IMG/VR virus record: IMGVR_UViG_3300047160_036266
Location: 256,001 to 320,000 of that record
Direction: 5' to 3' (one strand)
From: a virus
Lineage: Duplodnaviria > Caudoviricetes
DNA: 64,000 nucleotides
Positions 54,801 to 63,371 of the stretch are shown here, in pieces. Position 1 is the first letter of the stretch. Each line of letters opens with the position of its first letter. The translations under genes were made by a program, and so were the position numbers. The notes beneath the pieces were generated by a model, which was given only the letters and a program-made list of their open reading frames with translations, searched no databases and had not been told where the DNA came from.

Positions 54801-57800
54801 CCAAAGCGCAGTCCAGCCCAGGGCACCGAAGCCGGCGAGCAATGCACCCGCCACGATAATGCCCAGAGCAACTTTGCCCATTGCTTCAAAGCTGTAATTG
54901 ACCAGATCGACCGCTTCCTTAGCCTGGGCCACAGTCCATAAGCCACGAAGGAACTCAATGAAGAATATGATGGCGGCGGCTAAGGCTGCGATAGGCGGCG
55001 TCATAAGAGCCAGGGCAAAGATGCCCAACCAGGCGTAACCGACAATCCAGAATACCCCCAAACCCAGGGAGCCAAAGGCCACCAACAACCCGCCGCCTAT
55101 CAATATGCCGAGTGCCGTTATTCCCATTGCCTCGAAGGTGTAATAGGTTAGATCAGCGGCCTCCTTGGCTTGGGCAACGGTCCACAGTCCTTCTAATACC
55201 TTGATGAATGCGATAAGGGCGGCGGCGAGAGCGAGGACGGGTATGCCAATGGCGATAAGTGCGCCAATGCCAAGCCAGGCATAGCCAATGATAATGGGTG
55301 CAGCCCAGACCAGCGCACCAAGGCCAATCATTATTCCGGCACCTACGGCTATTCCCGCCGCAACCAACCCAAACGCCGTGAAACTTGCCTGAACCAGTTT
55401 CACGGCCTCCTCGGCTTGCTGGACGGTCCACAAACCCTCCAGAGCCTTAATGAAGAGGATGATAGCAGCGGCGAGAGCCAGGACAGGAATGCCAATGGCG
55501 ATAAATGCCCCAATGCCCATGTAGGCATAGCCAATGATAATGGGCGCTGTATAGGCGAGCGCACCGAGTCCGATCAACGCCGCACCGGCCACCACAATAC
55601 CTATTGCAACCAAGCCCATTGCCGAAAAACTAGCTTCCACCAGTTTGGCAGCTTGCTCGGCCTCTTTGACCGTCCACAAAGCCTCCAGGGCCTTAATGAA
55701 CAGAACCATTGCGGCAAAGAGGGCGAGAACGGGGATCGTCAGGAGGGCCAGGGCAATGATGCCGAGATAGGCGGCGGCAATAAGTTTCCAGGCGAATTTG
55801 GCCAGCACCCCAAGTCCCATCATCGCCGCCGCAGCAGCAGTAAAGCCCAGGGCCACTATGCCAATGGCTGTGAAGGTAGCAGCCACCAGCTTGGCAGCAT
55901 ATTTGGCCTCTTCGAGCGTCCACATGCCTTCAATCATCTTGATGAACAAGATCATGGCGGCGAGAAGGATGGTCGTAGGTATCATGACGAGGCCGATGGC
56001 AATGGCGCTCTTTGTCATTTGCCAGGCCAGCTTCGCTGCCTTGCCAATAGTTGGCATGTACTTCATGTACTTGTCTGCGCCGTATATTGCCGCACCAATT
56101 GAACCCGCCGCAATTAACGTAACTGTGATAGTGAAGGCTGCTTTCAATGCTTCGGACGGGGTGATTGGGGCTTTGGCAATCGCCTTTACCAGCAGGTACA
56201 TCGCTGCCATGACTGCCAGTATCGGCAAAGCCATCATTGCCAAGCCCTGGGCTGCCTGGAACAATTCCTGCTGGAGTTCCTTAACCTTCGCCTTATCCTT
56301 CAGGATTTTGAACTCTGGTTGCTTCATGCCCTTATCGGCAAGCCACAGCGCACCACCGACAACACCCGCAGCAAATACGGTCGTGGCGATAGTAGTTGCC
56401 ACCTTGAGGGCATCGCCGCCGGTGATCGGAGATTTGAGGATCACCTTTACCAGCCCATACATAGCCGCCATTACTGCCAATATGGGGAGCGAGAGTATAC
56501 CCAGGCTGGCAGCCACCCTCCACATATTGCCGGCGAACCTCTTAGCCAGCCGGACGTTCTTCAGCATCTTGAACTCTGGCTGCTTCATGCCCAGGTCGGC
56601 AACCCAAAGCGCACCACCGACAATTCCGGCTGCCAGGAAGGTCACGGCAATCGTGGTTGCCGCCTTCATTGCTTCAATCGGACTGATGGGTGCCTTGGCG
56701 ACGAGTTTTACGAGGAGGTACATGGCTGCCATGATGGCCAATATGGGCAACGACAAGATGCCCAGGCTGGCGGTTACTCTCCACATATTGCCAGCAAACC
56801 GCTGGGCCAGCCGGACGTTCTTGAGAAGCTTGAACTCCTTTTGCTTCATTGCCCAATCGGCACCCCATAGTGCAGCACCGATTACGCCGGCAGCCAGGAA
56901 GGTTGTGGCAATGGTGAAGGCCGCTTTCAATGCTTCCGTGGGACTGATGGGGGCTAGGGCGATTAACTTAACCAAGGCGTACATGGCTGTCATGACGGCC
57001 AATATGGGCAGCGAGAGCAGACCCAGGCTTGCAGTGACCCGCCACATATTCATGGCGAACCGCTGGGCCAGCTTGATGTTCTTGAGAATCTTGAACTCTT
57101 TTTGCTTCATTGCCCAATCAGCGCCCCACAGTGCAGCGCCAATTACACCCGCAGCCCCTATGGTTGTGGCGATGGTGAACGCCGCCTTCATTGCCTCGCT
57201 GGGGTTAATGGGCGCTCTGGCAATTGCCTTAACCAAGATGTACATGGCGAGCATGATGGCGAGGATGGGGGTAGACAGCAGCGCCAGTGACCCAGCCACC
57301 CTGAACATTTGCCCGACCATCTGGACGGTGCCCTTGATGTCCAGAAGCGTGCTGAATTCAGGCTGGGCCATGCCCTTTCTGGCACCAAAGATAGCGAGGC
57401 CGATAATACCGGCGGCGGCTATTGTGGTGGCAATGGTGAAGGCTGCCTTCATGGCCTCGGCGGGACTAATCGGTGCCCTGGCAGCAGCTTTAACGAGCAG
57501 GACCATTGCCGCCATCAGGGCGATAATAGGAGCGGCCATCAGGGCGAATGCCCCAGCGGCCTTGAAAAGCTTGCCGGCGACTTGCGCCGCCTCCTTCATG
57601 TCAGGCAGTTCGTTGAGGACTTTCTTGATGCCTTCGAGTTTGCCAGTGAGGGTTTTATCAACCCCACCTGCACTGGTGGCTTTGAGCGCACCTGCACCCG
57701 GCCCGGCGACTTCGGCTTGCTTGAGGAGGCCGGCTTCCTTCCTCTGGAGGATGGATTCTCGCTTGAGTTGACCGGCCACCCCCTTCGGACCCATATTCGT

Positions 57801-60800
57801 GACCATCTTCTCTTCTCTCTTGAGCAGTCCCTCCTGCCTCTTGAGAAGTTCCTGATGGACCCTTGGATCGCCGGTCTGGGCTGCGGCCTGAATCCGTTCC
57901 CCCCGCAATCTGGCGGCTATTTCCTTGCCCTTCTCTTTTTGCTGTGCTGGAGTTAAGCCCTTTAGCTCCTCTTTCATCTTCTCTTTTTGGGCTTTAGCAC
58001 CAGCGGTATACTCAGCCTGTTGGGTCTTGCTCATGCCCAGGTCGCGTGGCCCTACCGCCTTGTCGCTCATCCGGCAGACGCAGTGGCGTATCTCGGCCAG
58101 AATGCGAATAAGCTGCTGGAGACTCTTCTGGAGAATACTGTGAGTCGTATCATCGCTTGTGGGTGTAAGCGCAGGCGCTTCTGGACCCTTCAGCCCCAAT
58201 AAACCTCCTGCCGTGGTAGTGGTTGGAGCGCCTGGCAGCTTAGGGCCGGTAGGAGCGGGTCCGCCCGGAGTTTGGGAAGGAACTTTGGCAGCAACCTTTT
58301 TTTCTAGTTCATCCTCAAAATCACCGAATATTCTTGGCCCAAGGTAGGGAATCTTCTTGAGAACGGGGAAGATCGTGCCCAAGCCCTGTTTGTTAAGGGT
58401 TATGAGGTTCAGGATACCCTTGCCGATAGTCGTGGCAACCAAAGTGGCAATAAGGCCGGTTGTGCCAACCAAAGCCAGTAGGTGATGGATGGCCTTCTGG
58501 CTGAAGTTCCTGATGCTGTCGTTGACTTCCATCATCGTCTGGTTCAACTTGCTCATGGGGTCAAGTTGAGCCTTCTGCGCCGTCGCCAATTCCTGCTCGC
58601 CCTTGGAAAGCTGGGCACCCAACTCACGGAACTTGGTGGGGTCTTTAAGAGCTTCCTCGATGTCCTTGGTGCTGATCTTCAGTTCTTGTTTTCCGGCCTT
58701 CAACAACCCGGCGTTTATAGTCTTGAGGCTTTCCTCAATAGCCGTCTTGGCAGCCCCCGCACTGGTGGTCCACGAGTGGCCCATCGCCTGGAGGTCGCCC
58801 TCGAAGTCCTTGCGCCGCTCGCTGAACTTGGCGAGGGCTTGATCCATGTTTTGAGCGCCCTTGGTGGCTTCATCCAGTGCCGTGAGCATGGACAGGGACG
58901 CCGACATGCGCAGGGCACGCTCCTTCTCCATGAGCGTGGCCTTTTCTTCCAGCGTCAGGTTCTTCTCGCGCTCCTTGTTGATGTCGGCCAAGCGATCCGC
59001 CAATCCTTTGCCCGATTCCTTCATGGCGATTATTGACTGGCGGAATTCCCCTAGCTCCATGCCGTAGGCAGCCTTCAGGGTGACATTGACCTTGAACTTG
59101 GCGGCATCACTCATCTGGTCGATGGCTTCCAGACTTTCGACCCCGAATCCCTTGAGGATTTCTTCCATGCCCCTGGCCATGTCCTTCACACCCTCCTTGG
59201 TGCGAGTGACGGTGCCTTCCAGAAGGTCTTGAACTCGTCCGACCTTGCTGGCGGCAACGAAGAGGACATTCCTCGTTTCGCTTGAAGCCTTTAACAGCAA
59301 CTCGGCGCTGCTGCTCATGGCCCGTATCAGCGGGTCCATTTGCTGCTGGACGCCCAACTTCTGGGCGTTGGCAGCAATTTCGAGGACGTTCTTGGCGCTT
59401 GCCGCTGTAAGTTGAGCGGCATTGCGGAGCATGGTGATATATTGCTGGCCGGTGCCAAGGGCGGTCTTCAAGGCGTCCCCGGTTAGCCCTGTATTGCGGG
59501 CCACTTCCCGCATCCCTCGACCCATCTCGGCAATCTGCATCTCGCTCATGCGGCCTTCAAGGGTCCATTTGTGGAAGGCATCCCCCAAATCGCCGGCTGC
59601 CATACCGAGTTGTCTTTCGGTGTTTAGCTGGGCCACGGTTACGGCATGAGCCACCTTTAAGTCTCTAATGCCGCCCTTAACCGTTTTGAGATAAGCTTGC
59701 TGGAACTTGGTGCGATCTACGCCAGTCTGCTTCACCGTGGTCCCAATATTTTCCCACTGTCTTTGCAGCAGCTTGCTTTCGCCTGTGACCCCAGCAACCT
59801 CGTAGGCGGCAGCCCGAACGTCCTTGATGAATAAAACCTCATCCTTTATCACGCCGCCGAAAAGGGTGTCCAATGCACTCTGGCCCTTTTCGGTGAAGCC
59901 CATTATTGTGTTCTCTATCGAAAACAGCATTCGCTTCATGTCGTTATAAAGCGACATGCGCGCCCACAGGAGCTTGTTATAGGATCGCTGGGTGCGCAGT
60001 GACTCCCGCCCGATTTCCTCTTCCTCTTCCAGCACATGCAAAATCTTCTCTTGGCCCTCCAACTGCTTATTGGTGGCATCTGCGGTGGCCTTGGCACCAC
60101 CGCCGGTGGCCGCACCACCGCCGACAACAGCAAGACCGCCTCCGGCGGGGGCAACTGCGAGTTTGGCCACGGCTCCGCTTATCTTGTCACAACAACTGTC
60201 AATGGCGGCTTTAATGGCGTTGAGGACTTTGATGGCCGCTTCGTCTATAACGGGCAGAGGCCCACCACCCCCGCCACCACCGGCAGGCACGACATGACCG
60301 CCCCCGCCCGCACCACCGCCGCCTCCTACACGAATCGTGTCAGGCATTCCGGCATGTCCCGCTGGCAGGTGTTGAGCGGCCTCGGCAGGCTTGCCGGCTG
60401 CCGCCGCAGCACCCCCGATTGGCACTTTGTTTACTAGATCATCGAGAGTCTGCCGCAGTTCTTGGGTTTCGGTTTTCAGTTGCGATATAATAGCTGTTTG
60501 CTCCTGGTCCCGTTTATCGAACGCCGCCAGGGCCTTATGAAGTTGATCGTCTTTGGTATGTACTGTACCCTTATGCAAAGCAGCTTGGGTGAGGGAACCC
60601 AGATCATCTTGCATACCCTCGATCCCCTTGGTGGCATCGTCCAGGGTTGCCGGCTGTTGCTTGCCCCCGCCCAGGTTGGCAATGTCCTTACTAATCGTTG
60701 ATAGCAAGGTTGTGGATTCGGCATCCTTGACTATAAGGCCCTTGCCGTTTATGGCAACCTTGTGTATCTCCTTGATTTGCAGGGCCATTGGCTTGATGTG

Positions 60801-61289
60801 ACTGGTTGCCAACTTCTCGATGCTTACCAGCTTGCTGGCCATGTTGACCACATTATCGAGGATGGACTGGACCTTGGACTCAAGACCCTGACTCACTTTC
60901 TCGACCGGCGACATCGCCGCACGCTCGGCTTTGGCGGCGGGCGGTGCATTGGCGACCGCAGCACTGGCGTTGGCGTACTGCTTGCTCTCGGCAGCTTCCT
61001 TAGCAAAGCGAGGATTGATTTGCTCGATAAGCCGGGCGATATTTTGCAAGACGGGTGTATTCTTTTCGGTAGCTGCCTTGTTAGCAGCGATATTCTCGTT
61101 GATCTTATTGAGGGTCTGTTGCATGGCGGCAAACGAACGCGAGAGGTCTTCCTTCCTCTCCTCGCCCCGGACGGTAGGTGCGCCGACCTTGCCCGTCATA
61201 AGGGTCTTTAGCAATTCTTTCATCTCGCTGGTGTTCGTAACGAGTGGCTGAATTACTCGACCAAAGGCATCTTCAAAAGCTGCTGCCAT
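48825..61289 (-). CDS. Giant tape measure protein (4154 aa)
   Basis: Ala/Lys-rich helical protein with long internal repeats and hydrophobic stretches, immediately upstream of the tube initiator, gp53, hub and spike genes. Confidence 0.85.
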   Translation of the reverse strand: MAAAFEDAFGRVIQPLVTNTSEMKELLKTLMTGKVGAPTVRGEERKEDLSRSFAAMQQTLNKINENIAANKAATEKNTPVLQNIARLIEQINPRFAKEAAESKQYANASAAVANAPPAAKAERAAMSPVEKVSQGLESKVQSILDNVVNMASKLVSIEKLATSHIKPMALQIKEIHKVAINGKGLIVKDAESTTLLSTISKDIANLGGGKQQPATLDDATKGIEGMQDDLGSLTQAALHKGTVHTKDDQLHKALAAFDKRDQEQTAIISQLKTETQELRQTLDDLVNKVPIGGAAAAAGKPAEAAQHLPAGHAGMPDTIRVGGGGGAGGGGHVVPAGGGGGGGPLPVIDEAAIKVLNAIKAAIDSCCDKISGAVAKLAVAPAGGGLAVVGGGAATGGGAKATADATNKQLEGQEKILHVLEEEEEIGRESLRTQRSYNKLLWARMSLYNDMKRMLFSIENTIMGFTEKGQSALDTLFGGVIKDEVLFIKDVRAAAYEVAGVTGESKLLQRQWENIGTTVKQTGVDRTKFQQAYLKTVKGGIRDLKVAHAVTVAQLNTERQLGMAAGDLGDAFHKWTLEGRMSEMQIAEMGRGMREVARNTGLTGDALKTALGTGQQYITMLRNAAQLTAASAKNVLEIAANAQKLGVQQQMDPLIRAMSSSAELLLKASSETRNVLFVAASKVGRVQDLLEGTVTRTKEGVKDMARGMEEILKGFGVESLEAIDQMSDAAKFKVNVTLKAAYGMELGEFRQSIIAMKESGKGLADRLADINKEREKNLTLEEKATLMEKERALRMSASLSMLTALDEATKGAQNMDQALAKFSERRKDFEGDLQAMGHSWTTSAGAAKTAIEESLKTINAGLLKAGKQELKISTKDIEEALKDPTKFRELGAQLSKGEQELATAQKAQLDPMSKLNQTMMEVNDSIRNFSQKAIHHLLALVGTTGLIATLVATTIGKGILNLITLNKQGLGTIFPVLKKIPYLGPRIFGDFEDELEKKVAAKVPSQTPGGPAPTGPKLPGAPTTTTAGGLLGLKGPEAPALTPTSDDTTHSILQKSLQQLIRILAEIRHCVCRMSDKAVGPRDLGMSKTQQAEYTAGAKAQKEKMKEELKGLTPAQQKEKGKEIAARLRGERIQAAAQTGDPRVHQELLKRQEGLLKREEKMVTNMGPKGVAGQLKRESILQRKEAGLLKQAEVAGPGAGALKATSAGGVDKTLTGKLEGIKKVLNELPDMKEAAQVAGKLFKAAGAFALMAAPIIALMAAMVLLVKAAARAPISPAEAMKAAFTIATTIAAAGIIGLAIFGARKGMAQPEFSTLLDIKGTVQMVGQMFRVAGSLALLSTPILAIMLAMYILVKAIARAPINPSEAMKAAFTIATTIGAAGVIGAALWGADWAMKQKEFKILKNIKLAQRFAMNMWRVTASLGLLSLPILAVMTAMYALVKLIALAPISPTEALKAAFTIATTFLAAGVIGAALWGADWAMKQKEFKLLKNVRLAQRFAGNMWRVTASLGILSLPILAIMAAMYLLVKLVAKAPISPIEAMKAATTIAVTFLAAGIVGGALWVADLGMKQPEFKMLKNVRLAKRFAGNMWRVAASLGILSLPILAVMAAMYGLVKVILKSPITGGDALKVATTIATTVFAAGVVGGALWLADKGMKQPEFKILKDKAKVKELQQELFQAAQGLAMMALPILAVMAAMYLLVKAIAKAPITPSEALKAAFTITVTLIAAGSIGAAIYGADKYMKYMPTIGKAAKLAWQMTKSAIAIGLVMIPTTILLAAMILFIKMIEGMWTLEEAKYAAKLVAATFTAIGIVALGFTAAAAAMMGLGVLAKFAWKLIAAAYLGIIALALLTIPVLALFAAMVLFIKALEALWTVKEAEQAAKLVEASFSAMGLVAIGIVVAGAALIGLGALAYTAPIIIGYAYMGIGAFIAIGIPVLALAAAIILFIKALEGLWTVQQAEEAVKLVQASFTAFGLVAAGIAVGAGIMIGLGALVWAAPIIIGYAWLGIGALIAIGIPVLALAAALIAFIKVLEGLWTVAQAKEAADLTYYTFEAMGITALGILIGGGLLVAFGSLGLGVFWIVGYAWLGIFALALMTPPIAALAAAIIFFIEFLRGLWTVAQAKEAVDLVNYSFEAMGKVALGIIVAGALLAGFGALGWTALWIVKLAWIGIIALALMSPPIIVLGAAILGFIKVLEGLWGTAAKAQDMAKMVEAVFDAMGTVAWNIIKYGALLAGFGLLGWWAVFIAAMMWAGIVAFGIMAQPVQFFIRALLDLGRAIIQGTSAEEAKQIADSFKTLIEAGGVVLKGVEEIKGILIKMGGPSFWGWITGKSAVTEAYETAGMMRKGIIVFGIVKEPVKDFVKQVIDFGEAITANIDAEDAKEIADNVTALMKTMGVVLKAVQESKETLIKMAGRSVWSWITGKSAEKQAEETAETMRTGITVFTTFSKPVKDFAKKVVEFGQEITTSLDADDAKELSDNVQALMKTMGITLQAVQDSKTILMKMGGGSFWAWITGKGAVKEAQQTADLMRTGISVFEEISRPIPDFISKLVDFGTMVTSTIGEDEAKKLGDNLQTVMKAGGAVLDSVNKAKETLVKLGGGSFWSWITGKGAIKEAQETADMMTKGAEVFDIIAAPVVPFISSLMGLGAQITGSMPEEQAKKLGEALETTLKAGGAVFDAVAKTRQTLEELGKTQFKGGFFFWVTKSAKEAATDTANMMEKGAEAFQIIAAPVVPFIASLVGMGRGITGGMSPEEAKKLGEAIGSTLKSGTAVFKAIEKAQRLLSRQPSSTVAKIIADWMWDAVKAFEIMSSPVVYLLRAVLAAAKSIGPAKEAQDAAETMKAIIPVLKAIPKIIHQVVTRLIPIVEKGTHGVSAKDLLAKADEFDKFFSSLATFLGRGIIDPIFYVIGDPRDVKIAADVMKSLVPLIAYIPPVVRMVARNLIPMIEEGTKANEIASKINTSTTKEFNKFFMTLSKFLGQGIIDPIFKVIGDPRDVKIAAEVMKALVPLIASIPPVVWMTVYGLLPMVDAGKYAGQMAKKIDEETTKKFNTFFSVLANFLGKGIIDPIFKVIGDPRDVKIAAESMKAMVPLIASIPPVVWMTVYGLLPMVDAGTYAGKVAANLDAKTTKAFSTFFWALARFLGKGIIDPIFYVIGDPRDVKIASESMQALVPLIKSIPPVIYGIQYGLVPLMQAGDDLAGNVLTQLENSTDNYQDFFKGVFNFIGHGIVDPIIYDIGDPRDLSIAAMSLAGAVRLINLLPKFIVDLANSIKWFNDPPREPNVKTMGDAVKKFGEWFGGISRALGDGIFIPIKTTFPKPQEVQEAQAQLQGMVDLVKKLPKFIEDLAKEMDTFSKAPWWRMQGVIAAQVTIFSEFFRTIAVALGKGILEPIRKYFPESAFFVEVNGRLDGVRNMLPKVGAMIDALSNEMKRLGGTIGVAAQMLNTAWDLFAFGTFFRNIAWNLKAGMIDPVRQWFPPAKVFQELIARLEMVPKFLPAVRKVCEDITNEIKDYGQSFFGIWWRSVKMNWKFRDFAAYFTDIARGISEGMIQPVQVWFPPSSELADLLKRLEIVQKLIPEVRKTIDKMMEEVNKFGREFPTWEDQSKKQMDAFRFAIFFRSLALSISIGIIDPIWRYFPHSRKLEEVVKEIDAVSRILPKVNEVVDAVTTQMNKLNTGPDWDIDLADSTNKFANFFKGAAEAIRTGIIDPIKENFADTEELEGVIDSLEVLNDVLGEMDTVIATLSGTLAGLADVDVDVSGLTKINFGQISDVATTLSKMPPLDAGQLANYMAGGNATASFVNPAALGPGGAGAAPGGGVTPAAAPPKAAGGMAGMDKAMGAALVRANAGPRAPGAAPGGPDEIQQTQDVGVEEALRELISTMVYTQKTQNRFSEQTITTSSQQSTQANVTGVDRAVTGSAKITSKAVADSTTNLTGRITGISQTVGDSVRAATGPLTTSFNQWRDRQTQQQQQQQQAQQQNQQAQAQANQGMTDLANQGLQRGSIYVHDVETMGAVNRLIQTLGGATGVRLEAATEQPATQVAVAQSMTDLHTAMQQRYATDQAPAAATGPLAEMAELTKLTAQTLAVEQEQKELLAKLVEYFKPKPAPVTGMGGEPRRTQNRTIPGRPPRFPDVPMGQAVQSANLGVLPNNFANS

Positions 61290-61297
61290 TACATCCT

Positions 61298-61864
61298 TTA
61301 TGTAGTACCCGGCGTACCAGTTGTGCCAAGCGGTTGCTCCTCAGTTGACTGAGCCGGCGGATTAACCGTCCGGTTAATCTGGTCACGCACGGCCCGGCGT
61401 ATCGTGTCTACTTGAGTGGGGTCGAGGGTTCGTACTGTTTGCAGTACCTTGAGGAGAAATGCACAATCCAACTTCTTTATCTGGCGTATGCCCAGACGTT
61501 TATATTGTCGGAACGCTCCTACTATATATGCGTCTCCCTTGATGTTATAATACGAAAACCTTGGATTATCACAATTCGGCTGCAACAGGCGCAGAATATA
61601 AGGGAATGTCAAATAGTGCAAATTCACCCCACGAATATAATCCCGCCACACGTCGGTTATAATCACCAGCGGCGTTGGGTCGTGGCCGGGCTTGAAGTAG
61701 AGGTAGCTGAAGGTGACGAGGCTGCCCTTGTTGATGGTCTGGAAGCTCGGCCCGAACTGGTTGGCCGGCAGCCTGGCGTAAGGAGGCACCTGGCCCGTCT
61801 GTTGGACTTGCCCTAAAGCGGTGAACAGATTTCCAGCAAGCTGGTTACTCGGTAGTGGTGGCAC
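61298..61864 (-). CDS. DNA end-protector protein (T4 gp2-like)
   Basis: F.Y...D..PLV......GVNLHYL motif; GTG start with TATATA 4 nt upstream. Confidence 0.6.
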   Translation of the reverse strand: MPPLPSNQLAGNLFTALGQVQQTGQVPPYARLPANQFGPSFQTINKGSLVTFSYLYFKPGHDPTPLVIITDVWRDYIRGVNLHYLTFPYILRLLQPNCDNPRFSYYNIKGDAYIVGAFRQYKRLGIRQIKKLDCAFLLKVLQTVRTLDPTQVDTIRRAVRDQINRTVNPPAQSTEEQPLGTTGTPGTT

Positions 61865-61892
61865 GAACTATATAGGCGGGGTCATTTCTTAC

Positions 61893-61921
61893 TTTACAAC
61901 CGATTCCTCCTGGCGGATACT
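61893..61921 (+). promoter_or_regulatory. Candidate sigma70 promoter TTTACA-N17-GATACT
   Basis: 5/6 -35 and 4/6 -10 with a 17-nt spacer, upstream of the 61983 ORF. Confidence 0.4.
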
Positions 61922-61982
61922 GAAGAAAGTTCTGACGGGCCACGGTCTTGGTGTACCTAGCTGGGCAGAGGAGGACTCAAAA

Positions 61983-62261
61983 ATGGCTGAACAACAGTAT
62001 TGGATTTACCAGTTTGACGACGTTCCTATGACGGGCTGCCGCACCATCTGCCGGCACGTCAATCGGGGGTTGACCAGCCGGGGCACGTTGTTTTGCTCGG
62101 ACTGTCAATGCGAGTGGGAGTGGGGTGTCCCCCAAGCCGCTCCGCACTTTGAACCGGGCTGGTGCTACACCCAGCGCACCCTTCGGATGCTGGCCCGAAT
62201 TCTGCCCGAATTCAAGAAGCGAAGCTTCTTGGATTGGCTGTGCAACCCCGATGGCTTCTAA
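61983..62261 (+). CDS. Small Cys/Trp-rich protein, possible metal-binding
   Basis: SD GAGGAGG before the ATG at 61983; CRTIC, CSDCQC, WC and WLC. Confidence 0.7.
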   Translation: MAEQQYWIYQFDDVPMTGCRTICRHVNRGLTSRGTLFCSDCQCEWEWGVPQAAPHFEPGWCYTQRTLRMLARILPEFKKRSFLDWLCNPDGF

Positions 62262-63370
62262 AAGGCGGGATCGCCCACCCGCCCCAGCCGGGTATGTTCG
62301 GGCAGGACGCTCCGTACCTTGGCAGAAAGTTTCTTCATGTGCCACTCGCGCTGGGGCAAGTGGCCATGTTTCTTTATGCGCTCCTTGATGAGCCGCACGA
62401 ATTCATGCACTTCGGCCCCTTCGGGCCAGCCAGCAACCCGTGCCACTTCCTTCCAGTTGCCCTTCCCATACGCCTCCACGAAGTCCACAAAAGCTGGATG
62501 AGCCTGCGGCCTGGGTGAGTCCAGCTTATATTCCATCCACTCCCCGAATTTCTTCGGCTGCTGCTGCCGCTGGTTAATCATTTTGAGGAAATACTCCATC
62601 AGGGCGTTAAAGCGTTGTCCCGCCGCCTGCAACTGCCCCTGGTAGGGAGAAACATCCATGCCCCATACCTTTGACTGGCCCTGCTCCTCGAAACCCTTGA
62701 AGTAGCGTTCAATCTTGTCGCTTAACGGAGCCAGGGCCATCATCTTGTTCACGTCGTAAGGCTGGCCGGGATAGTAGCGAGCGTACAGGGCGGCATATTG
62801 CTTGGCGTGCGCCCGCAACTCCCCAGGATCGGTGAAATAGTCGATCTTGCCTTTGTCGTACTCCGGGCTGCCCCTGGGATGGCTTCCACTTAAATATGGA
62901 TTGGCGTGTTGCTGGTTGCCTGGCGATACCTTCCCCGATGAAAGGTGCGTCATTTCGTGATGCAGTTGGAAATACAGGCGGGAGATCATGGCCTGAAGGG
63001 GCAGGTCGTTATATTCCTTGGCCTGGGCAATGGTGTTGACGTTCAGGTAGATGTTTAGGATGCTTGTGCCGAAATCGGCACCCGTGTCCTTTTGGGTGGG
63101 CTTAATCCTAATCACCAATTGATCGCCAATGGGCGACTGGTGGCCCTTGACGGTCGCCGGCACACGGATTTCTACGCCCCGCTCCGGCACGGCCTCGCTG
63201 CCGAAGTTCCGCATGACGGCGAGGCCCTTGGCGTTATCAACGATATACTCGGAAATCCGCTTCTGCTTGTTGTTCTGGAAATACTGGTGCAGGGACTTAT
63301 TGATGATCCCGAAGGCCGCTTCTGCGACAGCATCCTCGTATTGTTCGTGGGGGTGGCTAAGGTCATCCAT
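62258..63370 (-). CDS. Zincin-like metallopeptidase-domain protein
   Basis: HExxH (LHHEMTH) plus a downstream YFTDPGELRAHA Glu ligand motif. Confidence 0.6.
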   Translation of the reverse strand: MDDLSHPHEQYEDAVAEAAFGIINKSLHQYFQNNKQKRISEYIVDNAKGLAVMRNFGSEAVPERGVEIRVPATVKGHQSPIGDQLVIRIKPTQKDTGADFGTSILNIYLNVNTIAQAKEYNDLPLQAMISRLYFQLHHEMTHLSSGKVSPGNQQHANPYLSGSHPRGSPEYDKGKIDYFTDPGELRAHAKQYAALYARYYPGQPYDVNKMMALAPLSDKIERYFKGFEEQGQSKVWGMDVSPYQGQLQAAGQRFNALMEYFLKMINQRQQQPKKFGEWMEYKLDSPRPQAHPAFVDFVEAYGKGNWKEVARVAGWPEGAEVHEFVRLIKERIKKHGHLPQREWHMKKLSAKVRSVLPEHTRLGRVGDPAF

Positions 63371-63371
63371 A

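Noticed and set aside
49938-60437. Long plus-strand ORFs such as 55798..57771 within the tape measure
   Set aside because: Antisense shadows of a GC-rich gene, with no SD and no motifs.
42060-61289. Tailocin, eCIS or T6SS cluster
   Set aside because: Portal, terminase and primase in the same window indicate a complete phage.
61299-61304. TACATA box before the tape measure
   Set aside because: It overlaps the upstream stop codon (ACA TAA), so it may be coincidental; not counted as independent evidence.
62264-62283. GGCGGG/CCCGCC hairpin as a terminator
   Set aside because: The stem is only 6 bp, lies inside coding sequence and has no clear U-tract.
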